A DNA stretch of 64,000 nucleotides from an uncultured Rhodoferax sp. (GTDB lineage: Bacteria; Pseudomonadota; Gammaproteobacteria; Burkholderiales; Burkholderiaceae_C), in assembly GCA_964558425.1 (NCBI GenBank), contig CAZLDV010000010.1, forward strand, positions 132 through 64,131. The letters are read 5' to 3'. Below, one piece after another: positions 37,957 through 49,056 of this stretch. The number at the start of each line of letters is the position of its first letter. The stretch's first letter is position 1. Both the position numbers and the translations under genes were made by a program. Below the pieces are notes generated by a model, which did no database searches, was not told the origin of the DNA, and saw only the letters and a program-made list of their open reading frames with translations.

Positions 37957-40574
37957 CAGGCGCCCACGCTTTGTTCGGCTGCGCTGGAATGGGTGAAATA
38001 GCTTGCGCCAATGTTGTCGGACACCGCATCGGCAGCCCGCTGGCACTGGTCCAGCAGGTTGTGCAGATGGGGCCAGGACACGCGTGCCTGCGTTTCGGCC
38101 GCGGACCGTGCCATCGGCTCACAGCTGGCCAGTTGCCGCAGATCCCAGCCGGCCGGGTCGGGTACCAGCAACGACATCGGGCAGAGCGCGTCGGGCGCAC
38201 TGCCCGCCAGTTTGGCCAATCGGCCGCGCAGCGTGTAGGCCACCCAGGCCAGCGACCGTGGGTTGTCGCGATTGAGTACCAGCAGGTCGATCAAGGGCAG
38301 CATCTCCCGATTCTGCTGGAACTGCGCATGAAACGAGATGCTGCTGTCGAACAGCGCCAGCATGGCTTCGAAGCCCGTGTCGTTGTCCAGCGAGCCCGCC
38401 AGCAGGCCGGCGCGCAGCGACGAGGCCAGAAAGCCGAGTCGCTCGACATGGCGCCCGATGCTCAGCAGCCGCCAACCGTCGTCGCGCGTCATGCGGTCGG
38501 TCTGCGCACCGGTGATGGCCGCCATGTGACGGCCCACCGTCTTGAGCAGGTCCAGCGCGTCCAGTGTTCCGTATTCGGCCGGCGGGTCCCGCTGCCCGAA
38601 TGCGCGAAGCAGTCCGTCGTGCGCGCGCTCGATCAGGTTCCAGTGCTCGTGGGACAGGCGCTCGCGCACGGCTGCCGCGGCCAGCCGCACCGCGCGCAGA
38701 TTGAAGCCAACGCTGCAGGCCATCGTACCGCTGCCCAGGCTGGCGATCAGTGAACGTTCGAACACGCGCTGCGACTGCGCCAGCGAGGGTACGTCGGCCA
38801 GCACCAGCGAATGCAGCCGCGCCATCCGGTCCAGCCAGTCGCTCAGGCTTCTATCGGCATGCTCTTCGCGAACCAGGCATTCGAATGTCAGGCGTGCCAG
38901 CGCAATCGTGTTTTCGCTGCGTTCGGTGTAACGCCCCAGCCAGTACAGGTTCTCGGCAGCCCGGCTGGTGACCAGGCGTCTGCGTTGCGCCACCATGTCC
39001 ACGGTCAGCGATGGCGTGAGCAGCGTCGTACGGTCGATCTCGGCGTCGGTCATGACCCAGACGTCGGCGCTGCTGCCGCCGCGTTGCATCGCGGCGATTT
39101 CGGCAGGTGCATGCGCCACGCGGGCCAGTCCACCGGGCAGGACCTGCCAGGACTGCGGGCCGTTGCAGACCGCGAACACCCGCAGCAGCGCTGAACGCGG
39201 CACGATCTGGCCGCTGTCCGGCGTGGCACCCGGTTGCCAGGTCGGCAGTTGCGACAGCGGGAGGTAGGCCTGCACCGTATGGTCGTCGCCCTGCAGCGCG
39301 ATGCGGCCGGCCCACGCATCGCGCTCGCGCGCGGACAGGTCACGCCCCAGCACGGACGGGAAGCTGGCGGCGGGTCCGTGCGCCGGGTAGGTCGGCTTGA
39401 TTGCGCAATGCGCCAGGCGTGGCAGGGCGCTGTTCATCGCTGTGCGCTCGCCGCACCACCAGGTTGGCAGCGCCGGCAGTGACAGCTCCTCGTCCAGCAG
39501 CTGGCGCGCCAGTGCCGGCAGGAAGCCCAGCAACGCGGGCGACTCCAGAAAGGCCGAACCCGGCAGGTTGGCCATCAGCACATGACCGGCGCGCACCGCC
39601 TGCAGCAATCCGGGCACGCCCAGGCTGGAGTCGGCGCGAAGTTCCAGCGGATCGAGGTACGCATCGTCCAGCCGCTTGAGCAGGCCGTGGATGGGCACCA
39701 GGCCGCGCAGCGTCTTGAGGTACAGCCGTTCGCCGCGCACGACCATGTCACCGCCCTGCACCAGGCTCAAGCCCAGGTAGCGCGCCAGGTAGACATGTTC
39801 GAAATAGGTTTCGTTGCAAGGTCCGGGCGTGAGCAGCGCGATGTGGGCATCGGGCCCACCCGGGCTGGCGGCCTTGAGGTTGCTGACCAGCGCCTGGTAG
39901 GCGCCGGCCAGGCGCTGCGTGCGCAACTGCTCGAACGCCTGCGGAAACAGTCGGGAAATCGCCAGCCGGTTCTCCAGCAGGTAGCCCAGTCCCGACGGCG
40001 CCTGGGTGCGTTGCGACACCAATGACCAATGGCCGTCCGGGCCATGGGCCAGATCGAACGCGACGATATGCAGCCGCGTGCCGCCGGCCGGTTCCGCGCC
40101 CTGCATGGCGCGCAGGTAACCCGGATGGCCTTGTACCAGGGCCGGCGGGATGAGGCCGCGCCGCAGCACGGTCTGCGGCCCGTACACGTCGGCCATCACG
40201 CGTTCGAGCAGCCGCACCCGCTGCAGCACACCGGCCTCGATCCGATGCCAGTGCCGCGGCGTCACGATCAGCGGAAACAGGTCCAGCGACCAGGGTCGCG
40301 GCGGGCCACCCGCGTCGGCATACACGTTGTAGGTCACGCCGTTGTCGCGCAGTTGCCGCTTGAGCCGGGTCGCCTTGTGGTTGAGTTCCACCGCGTCGAT
40401 CGGGCCCAGATGGTCGAAGAACGATGCCCAATGCGGCGCCATGTGCGCCGGGTCCGCAGTTGCGCTGCTGCTGGCCGGGCCCCTCAATTCGTCGAGATGG
40501 CCGAGCGCCGCGGCCGCCGCACGCAGGCCGGCTGGCGGCGCCATCGCGGGACTGGTCGGGGATTGCGGACTCAT
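37956..40574 (-). CDS. Circularly permuted type 2 ATP-grasp fused to alpha-E domain
   Basis: [54 protein letters not shown]; alpha-E part [32 protein letters not shown]. Confidence 0.9.
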   Translation of the reverse strand: MSPQSPTSPAMAPPAGLRAAAAALGHLDELRGPASSSATADPAHMAPHWASFFDHLGPIDAVELNHKATRLKRQLRDNGVTYNVYADAGGPPRPWSLDLFPLIVTPRHWHRIEAGVLQRVRLLERVMADVYGPQTVLRRGLIPPALVQGHPGYLRAMQGAEPAGGTRLHIVAFDLAHGPDGHWSLVSQRTQAPSGLGYLLENRLAISRLFPQAFEQLRTQRLAGAYQALVSNLKAASPGGPDAHIALLTPGPCNETYFEHVYLARYLGLSLVQGGDMVVRGERLYLKTLRGLVPIHGLLKRLDDAYLDPLELRADSSLGVPGLLQAVRAGHVLMANLPGSAFLESPALLGFLPALARQLLDEELSLPALPTWWCGERTAMNSALPRLAHCAIKPTYPAHGPAASFPSVLGRDLSARERDAWAGRIALQGDDHTVQAYLPLSQLPTWQPGATPDSGQIVPRSALLRVFAVCNGPQSWQVLPGGLARVAHAPAEIAAMQRGGSSADVWVMTDAEIDRTTLLTPSLTVDMVAQRRRLVTSRAAENLYWLGRYTERSENTIALARLTFECLVREEHADRSLSDWLDRMARLHSLVLADVPSLAQSQRVFERSLIASLGSGTMACSVGFNLRAVRLAAAAVRERLSHEHWNLIERAHDGLLRAFGQRDPPAEYGTLDALDLLKTVGRHMAAITGAQTDRMTRDDGWRLLSIGRHVERLGFLASSLRAGLLAGSLDNDTGFEAMLALFDSSISFHAQFQQNREMLPLIDLLVLNRDNPRSLAWVAYTLRGRLAKLAGSAPDALCPMSLLVPDPAGWDLRQLASCEPMARSAAETQARVSWPHLHNLLDQCQRAADAVSDNIGASYFTHSSAAEQSVGA

Positions 40575-43500
40575 GCGGCGTTCGCGCTTTGGCGCAGATC
40601 GAGTGTGAACGGAAATTCGGGGTTGCCGGTCACTGCACGGCTCGGGGGCACGTCCGGCATCGGACCGGGCGTATGCCCCATGGCCACGAACCGCGACAGG
40701 CGCCGGCTCTGCGCTTCGTTGGCGTTGACCGGCAGGCGGGCATAGCTCAGGCCGCCCGGATGCGACACATGGTACTGGCAGCCACCAATGGAGCGGCGCA
40801 TCCAGGTGTCCACGATGTCGAACGTCAGCGGTGCATGCACACCGATCGTCGGATGCAGCGACGACGGTGGATTCCAGGCCTTGTAGCGCACGCCGGAGAC
40901 AAAGCTGCCGTCGATGCCGGTGGCTTGCATCGGCATGGGTCGACCGTTGCAGGTGATGGCGTATCGGCTGTCGTTGAAGCCGCCCACATGCACCTCGATG
41001 CGTTCGAGCGAGGAGTCGACGTAGCGCGCGGTTCCACCGGCCGCGCCTTGTTCGCCCATCACATGCCAGGGTTCGAGTGCATTGCGCAGTGTCAGCACCA
41101 TGCCGCTGGCCTGGATGCGGCCCACCAGCGGAAAGCGGAACTCCAGGTGCGGCGCAAACCAGGCCGGATCGAAGGGGTAGCCCGCCTGGCGCAGCTCGGC
41201 CATCACGTCCTCGAAGTCCATCCGGATGAAGGTCGGCAGCATGAAGCGGTCATGCAGCGCCGTGCCCCAGCGGCTGGCAAGGCCCGTATAGGGTTGCTTC
41301 CAGAATCGGGCCACCAGCGCGCGCAACAACAGTTGCTGGGCGATGCTCATGCGGGCATGCGGCGGCATCTCGAAGGCACGCAACTCCAGCAGGCCGAGCC
41401 GACCGGTGGCGGAGTCGGGCGAATACATCTTGTCGATCGAAAATTCGCTGCGGTGCGTGTTGCCGGCTGGGGTGGTTGTGCCAATAGAGCAGCAGGCTGG
41501 CCAGCAGCTCGGGCCGGCGCAGAAACGGGCTGTCGGCGGGTGTCGCGCCGCCCAGCACGACATGGTTGCCGCCACCCGTGCCGGTATGGCGGCCGTCGGT
41601 CATGAACTTCTCGGCCGACAGACGGCACTGCCAGGCGGTGTCGTACAGGAACTCGGTGTTGTGCACCAGTTCGTCCCAGGTCGCAACCGGCTGCACATTG
41701 ACCTCGATCACCCCCGGATCGGGCGTCACCTGCAGCAGTGTGAGGCGCGGGTCGCGCGGCGGCGGGTAGCCTTCGAGCACCAGCCGCACCCCTTGTTCGC
41801 TTGCCGTCGCTTCGATCGCGGCCAGCAATTGCAGGTAGTCTTCGAGTCGCTCCAGGGGTGGCATGAAGACATACAACACACCGCAGGACTGGCCGTCGGT
41901 CTGGACCTCGGTCCCATGGGCGCGGCGCGGGTCACGCACCTCGACACACAAGGCGGTGCGGTCCAGCCAGTGCGCCGATTGCTGGCTTTCGGGCACGCGC
42001 GCGAAGCCGGTCGGTTCGACGCGTTCAAGACGTTGCACCGGCGCGCCGGTGTCGCTGCCGTCCGTGCGGGCCATCGGCGCCGCTGGCGCAAGCCCCTGTT
42101 GCATCCAGGCAGCATGCGCCGGCAAGGCGCCGCGGGGTTCGCAGGGGTCTTGCGGCGCATGCCGGGGCTCGTCGGCCTTGTCGACCCAGGGCAAGGAGTC
42201 CAGCGGCAATCGCAGTCCCATCGGCGAGTCGCCGGGCAGCAGGTACAGGCGTTCGTCACGCACGAACCAGGGGCCGCTGCGCCAGCGTGCGCTGTCTGCG
42301 TCCGCACGGTCGGCCGCCTTGAGCGGCAAGACGTAGCCGACCACGCTGTCGAGTTGCTGTGCGAACACCCGGCGCAGGCGTGCGCGCTCCATTGCGTCAT
42401 CGAGCCGGGAGTGGAACGGATCGACATTGACTGGCAGCCGCCGTTCGCGCCACAGGTAATACCAGCTGTCCTCGTAGCCGGGCAGGATATGTTGCCCGCT
42501 CAGGCCGAGTCGGCGCGCCAGCCCGTGCGTGAAGTCCCTTGCCTGCGCGCTGGTGTAGTGTGTCGGTTGGCGTTCGTCGACGAACAGCCCGGGATCGCTC
42601 CATGCGGTCTGGCCGTCGGTGCGCCAGTAGATGTTCAGCGCCCAGCGCGGAAGCTGCTCACCCGGGTACCACTTGCCTTGGCCGAAATGCAGGAAGCCGC
42701 GCTGCCCATGGTGCGCGCGCAGCTTGTGCACCAGTGCGGTGGCGAAGCCGCGTTTGGTCGGTCCCATTGCATCGGTATTCCATTCGGCGGCGTCGCGGTC
42801 GCCGGCTGCCACGAAGGTAGGCTCGCCGCCCATGGTCAGCCGCACGTCGCCATCGCGCAGCTCCCGGTCGACCGCCGCGCCGAGTTGCATCACCGCCGCC
42901 CATTGCGCGTCGGTATACGGTTGGGTGACCCGCGGCGATTCGACCAGGCGGGAGATCGTCATCGCGTGTGTGAATGTCACTTCGGCGAACGCGACGCCCC
43001 CTTCGATCGGTGCCGCACCCGAGGGTTGCGGTGTGCAGGCCAGCGGCACATGGCCTTCGCCGGCCAGCAGGCCGGAGGTCGGGTCCAGTCCGATCCAGCC
43101 GGCGCCGGGCAGGTAGACCTCGCACCAGGCATGCAGGTCGGTGAAATCGACCGCAGTGCCGCTGGGGCCGTCGAGCGCCTTGACGTCGGGCACCAGCTGG
43201 ATCAGGTAGCCGGACGTGAAGCGCGCTGCCAGGCCGCAATGGCGCAACAGGTTGACGAGCAACCAGGTCGAGTCGCGGCAGGACCCGGCGGCCAGGGCGA
43301 GGGTTTCGTCGGGTGTCTGGACGCCAGGCTCCATGCGGATCAGGTAACGCACATCCTGGCTGACCATCCGGTTCAGGTCGATCAGAAAATCGATGGTACG
43401 GCGTTCGCTGCGGTCGACGCGCCGCAGATAGTCCTGCATCCGGTCGGACGCCGGCTGCAGCGCCAGGTACGGTGCCAGCTCCTGGGACAGCAAGGCCTCG

Positions 43501-43817
43501 TACGTGAAAGGACAGGTTTCGGCCGACGGCTCCAGAAAGAAGTCGAACGGGTTGTAGACCGACATGTCCGCGACCAGATCGACGGTGATCTTGAATTCCG
43601 CGGTCTTCTCGGGGAATACCAGCCGTGCCTGGTAGTTGGCGAACGGGTCTTGAAGCCAGTTGATGAAGTGGCCCGCTGGCTCGACCTTCAACGCATAGGA
43701 CAGGATCTTGCTGCGGCAATGCGGCGCCGGTCGCAGCCGGATGACCTGGGGCCCGAGCGTGACCAGCCGATCGTATCGGTAGTGGGTGACGTGGTGCAGG
43801 GCAGCCTGGATGGACAT
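40571..43817 (-). pseudogene. Transglutaminase-DUF2126 protein split by an internal deletion/frameshift near 41465
   Basis: Frame 1 (ATG 43817) has GSCRD, DLHAW, LDPTSG, MGGEPTF, PDPGVIEVN, GTGGGNH, YWHNHPS. Homology resumes in another frame at [37 protein letters not shown]. Confidence 0.82.
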
Positions 43818-43941
43818 GGTTCGATCTCGCGGTGTTCCGCCGGCCGGCGGTGGGTCCTGTGAAAGCAATCATCTGCCCCGACGGGGATACTAGCAGGGCC
43901 GCTGCACCTGGCGCAGGCTTGCGGCCTACCTGAATGGGTGG

Positions 43942-46428
43942 ATGAAGGCGCATCGGGCTGACGCGCCTGCGCCCTACGATGCCGGCATGGAATCCGGCGA
44001 CCGGCGCAGCGCGGGCTTGGCAGGTGGTGGGTGGCCGGCGCTGGCGGCGTGGGTGGCCGGCATCGCGCTGCAACTCACGCAGCCTGCCCTGTGGTCGCAG
44101 ACCGCCTATGCACTGCTCGGTGCCGCCTGTCTCGGGTGCATGGCCGCGGTGTGGTTGCGGCGCCAGCCCCGTCTTGGCGGGTTGACCACCGGGATGCTGC
44201 TGTTGGCAGTAGCCATGCTGGCGTTTGCCCAGGTTGGCTGGCGGGCGGTGGCTTTCCATGCGCAGGCATTGGCGCCAGAGCTCGAAGGTCGTGATCTGCT
44301 GGTCACCGGCATCGTGCGCGCGATGCCGCAGCGCGGGTCCGATGGACTGCGTTTGCTGATGGATGTCACATCGGCACAGGCCGATGGCGTGCCGGTGCGG
44401 CTGCCCGCGCGCATCCAGCTGGGCTGGTACCGGGCCTTCGGCGGCAGCAATGGCGAGCTTGAGGGCGATGCGGACTTGCCCGCGGTCTGGGCAGGTGAGC
44501 GCTGGCGCATGCCGGTGCGGCTCAAGGCGCCCCACGGCAACAGCAATCCGCACGGCTTCGACTATGAATTGTGGTTGTGGGAAAGCGGCGTGCAGGCGAC
44601 CGGCCATGTACGCCAGGGCGCGGGCCGGCCGGCGCCACAGCGGCTGGAGCAGACCGGGCGCCATCCGGTCGAATGGCTGCGCCAGTCGATGCGCCTGCGC
44701 ATCGATACCCGACTGGCGCTGTCGCCGCAGGCCGGCTGGATCAGTGCCCTGGTCACCGGCGACCAGAACGCGATCGACCAGGCCGACTGGGACATGTTTC
44801 GCGCCACCGGTGTGGCCCATCTGATGAGCATTTCCGGCCTGCACATCACGATGTTCGCCTGGCTTGCCGCGGCGCTGGTCGGCATGGCCTGGCGCCGCAG
44901 CGAAAAGTGCTGTCTGTGGCTTGCGGCGCCGCACGCTGCCGCCCTGGGTGGCTTGGCGCTGGCCTGGGCCTATGCGCTGTTCAGTGGCTGGGGCGTTCCT
45001 TCGCAGCGCACGATCGGCATGTTGGCGCTGGTGTGCCTGCTGCGCGTGTCTGGCCGGTCGTTGCCCTGGTCGATGCTCTGGTTGCTGGTGGCGGCGGCAG
45101 TCCTCGCATGCGACCCCTGGGCCTTGTTGCAGGCGGGCTTCTGGCTCAGTTTCGTCGCGGTCGGCATTCTGTATGCCTCGGGTTCGCCCGATGCGCAAGC
45201 CCCAGCGGGCCCCTCGGGCTGGCGTTCGGCATTGCGGGCCCTGCTGCGTGAACAAGCCACCATCACGCTGGCCTTGACGCCGCTGGTGGTTGTCTTGTTC
45301 GGTCAGCTGTCGCTGGTGGGCTTTTTCGCCAACCTGGTGGCGATTCCCTGGGTCACCCTGGTGGTGACGCCGCTGGCGATGGCCGGGACGATCGTGCCAC
45401 CGGCGTGGGACGTGGCTGCCCTTGCGATCGGGCTGCTGGCGGCGGTCCTGCACGGCCTTGCGCAGCTGGCGTTTGCCACCGTGTCGGTGGCGTCCGCACC
45501 GTCCTGGATCGGTCTGGCCGGCGTGCTGGGCGGTCTGTTGCTGGCCCTGCGACTGCCGGGCGCGCTGCGACTGGGCGGGGCGACGCTGGTGCTGCCGGTG
45601 TTGTTGTGGCAGACGCCGCGTCCACCGATCGGGCAGTTCGACCTGCTGGCGGCCGATGTGGGGCAGGGCAATGCGGTGCTGGTGCGCACTGCCCGCCACG
45701 CCATGCTGTATGACGCCGGACCGCGCTATTCGCGTGACAGCGACGCCGGGCACCGGGTACTGCTGCCGCTGATGCGCGCCCTGGGTGTGACGCCGGACCT
45801 GCTGGTACTCAGCCATCGGGACAGTGACCATGTCGGGGGCGCGGCGGCGGTGTTGTCCATGGCGCCCGAGGCCGGCCTGCTGTCGTCGCTCGAGCCGAAC
45901 CATGTCCTGCGCATCCTGCGCCCAGGCGGACGATGCGAAGCCGGACAATCCTGGTCCTGGGACGGCGTGGAGTTCAGTGTCATTCACCCGCAGGCGCGGG
46001 ACTACGACGCGCCGAACAAGCCCAATCGCCTGTCCTGCGTGCTGCGGATCCGGGCCGCGGCGCGTGCCGGAGAGCCGGCCGGCGTGGCCATGCTGGCCGG
46101 TGACATCGAGACCGCGCAGGAAAGGCGCCTGGTGTTGGCCGGCACCCGGCTGACGGCGGACCTGCTGCTGGTACCCCATCACGGCAGCGCGACATCGAGC
46201 AGCAGCGTGTTTCTGGATGCGGTGGCGCCAAGGCTGGCGCTGGTGCAGAGCGGCTACCGCAACCGCTTCGGTCATCCCGCGGCGACGCCGATGGCGCGTT
46301 ATGCCCAACGCGGCATCCCGGTGCTGGATTCGCCCCACTGCGGAGCCATGGCATGGCGCTCCACCGAGCCGGCGGTCGTGCTGTGCCAGCGCTGGGCGGA
46401 CCGTCGCTACTGGCATCACGCAGGGTAG
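43942..46428 (+). CDS. comEC: DNA internalization competence protein ComEC/Rec2
   Basis: NPHGFDYE, TGVAHLMSISGLH, GFWLSF, beta-lactamase-fold DVGQG, SHRDSDHVGG, PHHGS, NRFGHP; start may be 43988. Confidence 0.94.
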   Translation: MKAHRADAPAPYDAGMESGDRRSAGLAGGGWPALAAWVAGIALQLTQPALWSQTAYALLGAACLGCMAAVWLRRQPRLGGLTTGMLLLAVAMLAFAQVGWRAVAFHAQALAPELEGRDLLVTGIVRAMPQRGSDGLRLLMDVTSAQADGVPVRLPARIQLGWYRAFGGSNGELEGDADLPAVWAGERWRMPVRLKAPHGNSNPHGFDYELWLWESGVQATGHVRQGAGRPAPQRLEQTGRHPVEWLRQSMRLRIDTRLALSPQAGWISALVTGDQNAIDQADWDMFRATGVAHLMSISGLHITMFAWLAAALVGMAWRRSEKCCLWLAAPHAAALGGLALAWAYALFSGWGVPSQRTIGMLALVCLLRVSGRSLPWSMLWLLVAAAVLACDPWALLQAGFWLSFVAVGILYASGSPDAQAPAGPSGWRSALRALLREQATITLALTPLVVVLFGQLSLVGFFANLVAIPWVTLVVTPLAMAGTIVPPAWDVAALAIGLLAAVLHGLAQLAFATVSVASAPSWIGLAGVLGGLLLALRLPGALRLGGATLVLPVLLWQTPRPPIGQFDLLAADVGQGNAVLVRTARHAMLYDAGPRYSRDSDAGHRVLLPLMRALGVTPDLLVLSHRDSDHVGGAAAVLSMAPEAGLLSSLEPNHVLRILRPGGRCEAGQSWSWDGVEFSVIHPQARDYDAPNKPNRLSCVLRIRAAARAGEPAGVAMLAGDIETAQERRLVLAGTRLTADLLLVPHHGSATSSSSVFLDAVAPRLALVQSGYRNRFGHPAATPMARYAQRGIPVLDSPHCGAMAWRSTEPAVVLCQRWADRRYWHHAG

Positions 46429-46562
46429 ACAACGGCAGCGCCGCGCGCCTGATCGCGACGGTCGCCCCCCCGTCGTGCCGTCATGGTGCATACCCGTAGT
46501 CGAAGCCGGCCGGAAAGTTGCTAAGCTGTCCGTATGCAGGTCAGGCCAGGAGACAGCGGAAC

Positions 46563-48020
46563 ATGCTGAAATTCGATGAGATGTATACCTCGCTCCCCTA
46601 CGAATTCTTTTCGGGGGGCAAGCAGATCCGCGACCATTACAAGATATACGACGAATGGTTGGCCCGCCAGCCGGGCGACATGATGGCCAACCGGCGCGAG
46701 GAAGCCGAACTGATCTTTCAACGCGTGGGTATCACCTTTGCCGTGTACGGGGACATGGACGCCAGCGGTGTCGGCACGGAGCGGCTGATTCCGTTCGACC
46801 TGATTCCGCGCATCATTGCCGCGCGCGAGTGGGATGCGCTCGAACGCGGCCTGGTGCAGCGGGTCACCGCGCTGAACCGCTTCGTGCACGACTGTTACCA
46901 CGACCAGGAGATTTTCAAGGCCGGCATCGTGCCCAACGACCAGTTGCTGGGCAATGCGCAGTTCCGACCGGAGATGGTCGGGGTGGACGTGGCGGGCGGC
47001 ATCTATTCGCATATCTCGGGCGTCGACATCGTGCGGGCGGTGAACGCCAGCGGCGCGCCGGAATATTTCGTTTTGGAGGACAACCTGCGGGTGCCCAGTG
47101 GCGTGAGTTACATGCTGGAAAACCGCAAGATGACGATGCGGCTGTTTCCCGAGCTGTTCAGCGCGCACAAGGTGGCCCCGGTGGCGCACTACCCCGATCT
47201 GCTGCTGGAGACCTTGCGCCAGAGCAAGCCGGCCACCATCGCCGACCCGACGGTTGTCGTGCTGACGCCGGGCATGTACAACAGCGCCTATTTCGAGCAT
47301 GCATTCCTGGCCCAGCAGATGGGCGTCGAACTGGTGGAAGGTCAGGACCTGTTCACGCGCGACCGGTTTCTCTACATGCGCACGACCCGGGGACCCAAGC
47401 GGGTCGACGTGATCTACCGCAGGGTCGACGACGACTTTCTGGACCCGTTGGTATTCCGGCCTGATTCGACGCTTGGCTGTGCCGGTCTGATGGAGGTCTA
47501 CCGCGCCGGCCATGTGACCATCTGCAATGCGGTAGGCACCGGTGTGGCGGACGACAAGTCGATCTATCCCTATGTGCCCAAGATGATCGAGTTCTACCTC
47601 GGAGAAAAGCCCTTGCTCAGCAACGTTCCGACGCTGATGTGCCGCAACGCCGAGGACTTGCTCTATACGCTGGACAACCTCAAGGATCTGGTCGTCAAGG
47701 AAGTCCACGGCGCCGGGGGATACGGCATGCTGGTCGGTCCTGCCGCGACGGCAGCCGAGCTGGAGGCCTTCGCCAAGGTCCTGCGCGCCCGGCCCGAGAA
47801 CTACATCGCCCAGCCCACATTGAGCCTGTCGAGTTGTCCGACTTTCGTCGAGAGCGGCATTGCACCGCGCCACATCGACCTGCGACCCTATGTGCTCAGC
47901 GGCAAGACCGTGCAGATGGTACCCGGTGGCCTGACGCGGGTGGCGCTCAAGGAAGGCTCGCTGGTGGTGAATTCGTCGCAGGGCGGCGGCACCAAGGACA
48001 CCTGGGTGCTGGAAGAATGA
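46563..48020 (+). CDS. Circularly permuted type 2 ATP-grasp protein
   Basis: GITFAVYG, ERLIPFDLIPR, LEDNLRVPSGVSY, NSAYFEH, GTGVADDK, GGLTRVAL, NSSQGGGTKDTWV. Confidence 0.94.
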   Translation: MLKFDEMYTSLPYEFFSGGKQIRDHYKIYDEWLARQPGDMMANRREEAELIFQRVGITFAVYGDMDASGVGTERLIPFDLIPRIIAAREWDALERGLVQRVTALNRFVHDCYHDQEIFKAGIVPNDQLLGNAQFRPEMVGVDVAGGIYSHISGVDIVRAVNASGAPEYFVLEDNLRVPSGVSYMLENRKMTMRLFPELFSAHKVAPVAHYPDLLLETLRQSKPATIADPTVVVLTPGMYNSAYFEHAFLAQQMGVELVEGQDLFTRDRFLYMRTTRGPKRVDVIYRRVDDDFLDPLVFRPDSTLGCAGLMEVYRAGHVTICNAVGTGVADDKSIYPYVPKMIEFYLGEKPLLSNVPTLMCRNAEDLLYTLDNLKDLVVKEVHGAGGYGMLVGPAATAAELEAFAKVLRARPENYIAQPTLSLSSCPTFVESGIAPRHIDLRPYVLSGKTVQMVPGGLTRVALKEGSLVVNSSQGGGTKDTWVLEE

Positions 48021-48065
48021 CGGGATGCTGCGGCGACCGAACCGACGCGTGAACAAGGAGCGCCC

Positions 48066-49025
48066 ATGCTGAGCCGAACCGCCGACCATCTGTACTGGAT
48101 GTCCCGTTACACCGAACGGGCCGAGAACACCGCCCGGCTGCTCGATGTGAATTACCAGACCTCGCTGCTGCCCCAGTCGGACGCGGTTGCGCTGGTGGGC
48201 TGGCAAGGGCTGATCAGCATCAGTGAACTGATGCCGGCCTACACCGCGAAGTACGGCGTGGTCAACGCCCGAGACGTGATGGATTTCATGGTCAAGGACG
48301 AATCCAATCCGTCGAGCATCGTGTCGTGCCTGACGGCCGCGCGCGAGAATGCCCGCGCGGTGCGCGGCACGCTGACAACCGAGCTGTGGGAAACGCAGAA
48401 CCAGACCTGGCTGGAGGTGCGGCGCAACCTCAAGCGCGGCGTGTTCGAGCGCGATCCGGCCGCGTTCTTTGAATGGGTGAAGTACCACTCGCACCTGTCG
48501 CGTGGCGTGACCGTGGGAACGATGCTGATGGACGAGGCGCTGTATTTCATGCGACTGGGCACCTTCCTGGAGCGGGCCGACAACACGGCCCGCATGATGG
48601 ACGTGAAGTTCCATGCGGTGCAAAGCGACTTCTATGGTGCTGCCAGCGAACGCGACCAGGAGTACGACTTCTACCACTGGAGTGCGATCCTGCGCAGCGT
48701 GTCGGGCTTCGAGATCTACCGCAAGGTCTACCGCGACGTGATCAAGCCCGAACGGGTGGCCGAGCTGATGTTGCTGCGCCCCGACATGCCGCGCTCCCTG
48801 CTGGCCAGCATGAACGAGGTGGTGAACAACCTGGGACTGCTTGCAACCGAACGCTCCGGCGATACCCAGCGGCGGGCCGGCAAGTTGTGCGCCGAACTCA
48901 GGTATGGCCATATCGACGAGATCCTGGCGACCGGTCTGCATGCCTACCTGACCCAGTTTCTGGATCGGGTCAACGATCTGGGCACCCACATCAGTCGCGA
49001 CTTCCTGCTTCCACTGCCCAATTGA
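48066..49025 (+). CDS. Alpha-E domain protein
   Basis: MLSRTADHLYWMSRYTERAENTAR, ARENAR, GTFLERADNTAR, PRSL; AAGGAG RBS. Confidence 0.93.
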   Translation: MLSRTADHLYWMSRYTERAENTARLLDVNYQTSLLPQSDAVALVGWQGLISISELMPAYTAKYGVVNARDVMDFMVKDESNPSSIVSCLTAARENARAVRGTLTTELWETQNQTWLEVRRNLKRGVFERDPAAFFEWVKYHSHLSRGVTVGTMLMDEALYFMRLGTFLERADNTARMMDVKFHAVQSDFYGAASERDQEYDFYHWSAILRSVSGFEIYRKVYRDVIKPERVAELMLLRPDMPRSLLASMNEVVNNLGLLATERSGDTQRRAGKLCAELRYGHIDEILATGLHAYLTQFLDRVNDLGTHISRDFLLPLPN

Positions 49026-49056
49026 TGGTCGCCAACGTGTTGACCGCTCCTGCGTC

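Noticed and set aside
41343-46491. Very long alternative ORFs (41343-43862 +, 42658-46491 -; also 46521-49274 -, 48991-51435 -, 18388-20553 +, 6294-8189 -)
   Set aside because: Antisense shadows of well-supported genes in high-GC DNA; Arg/Ala/Gly/His-rich with no family motifs.
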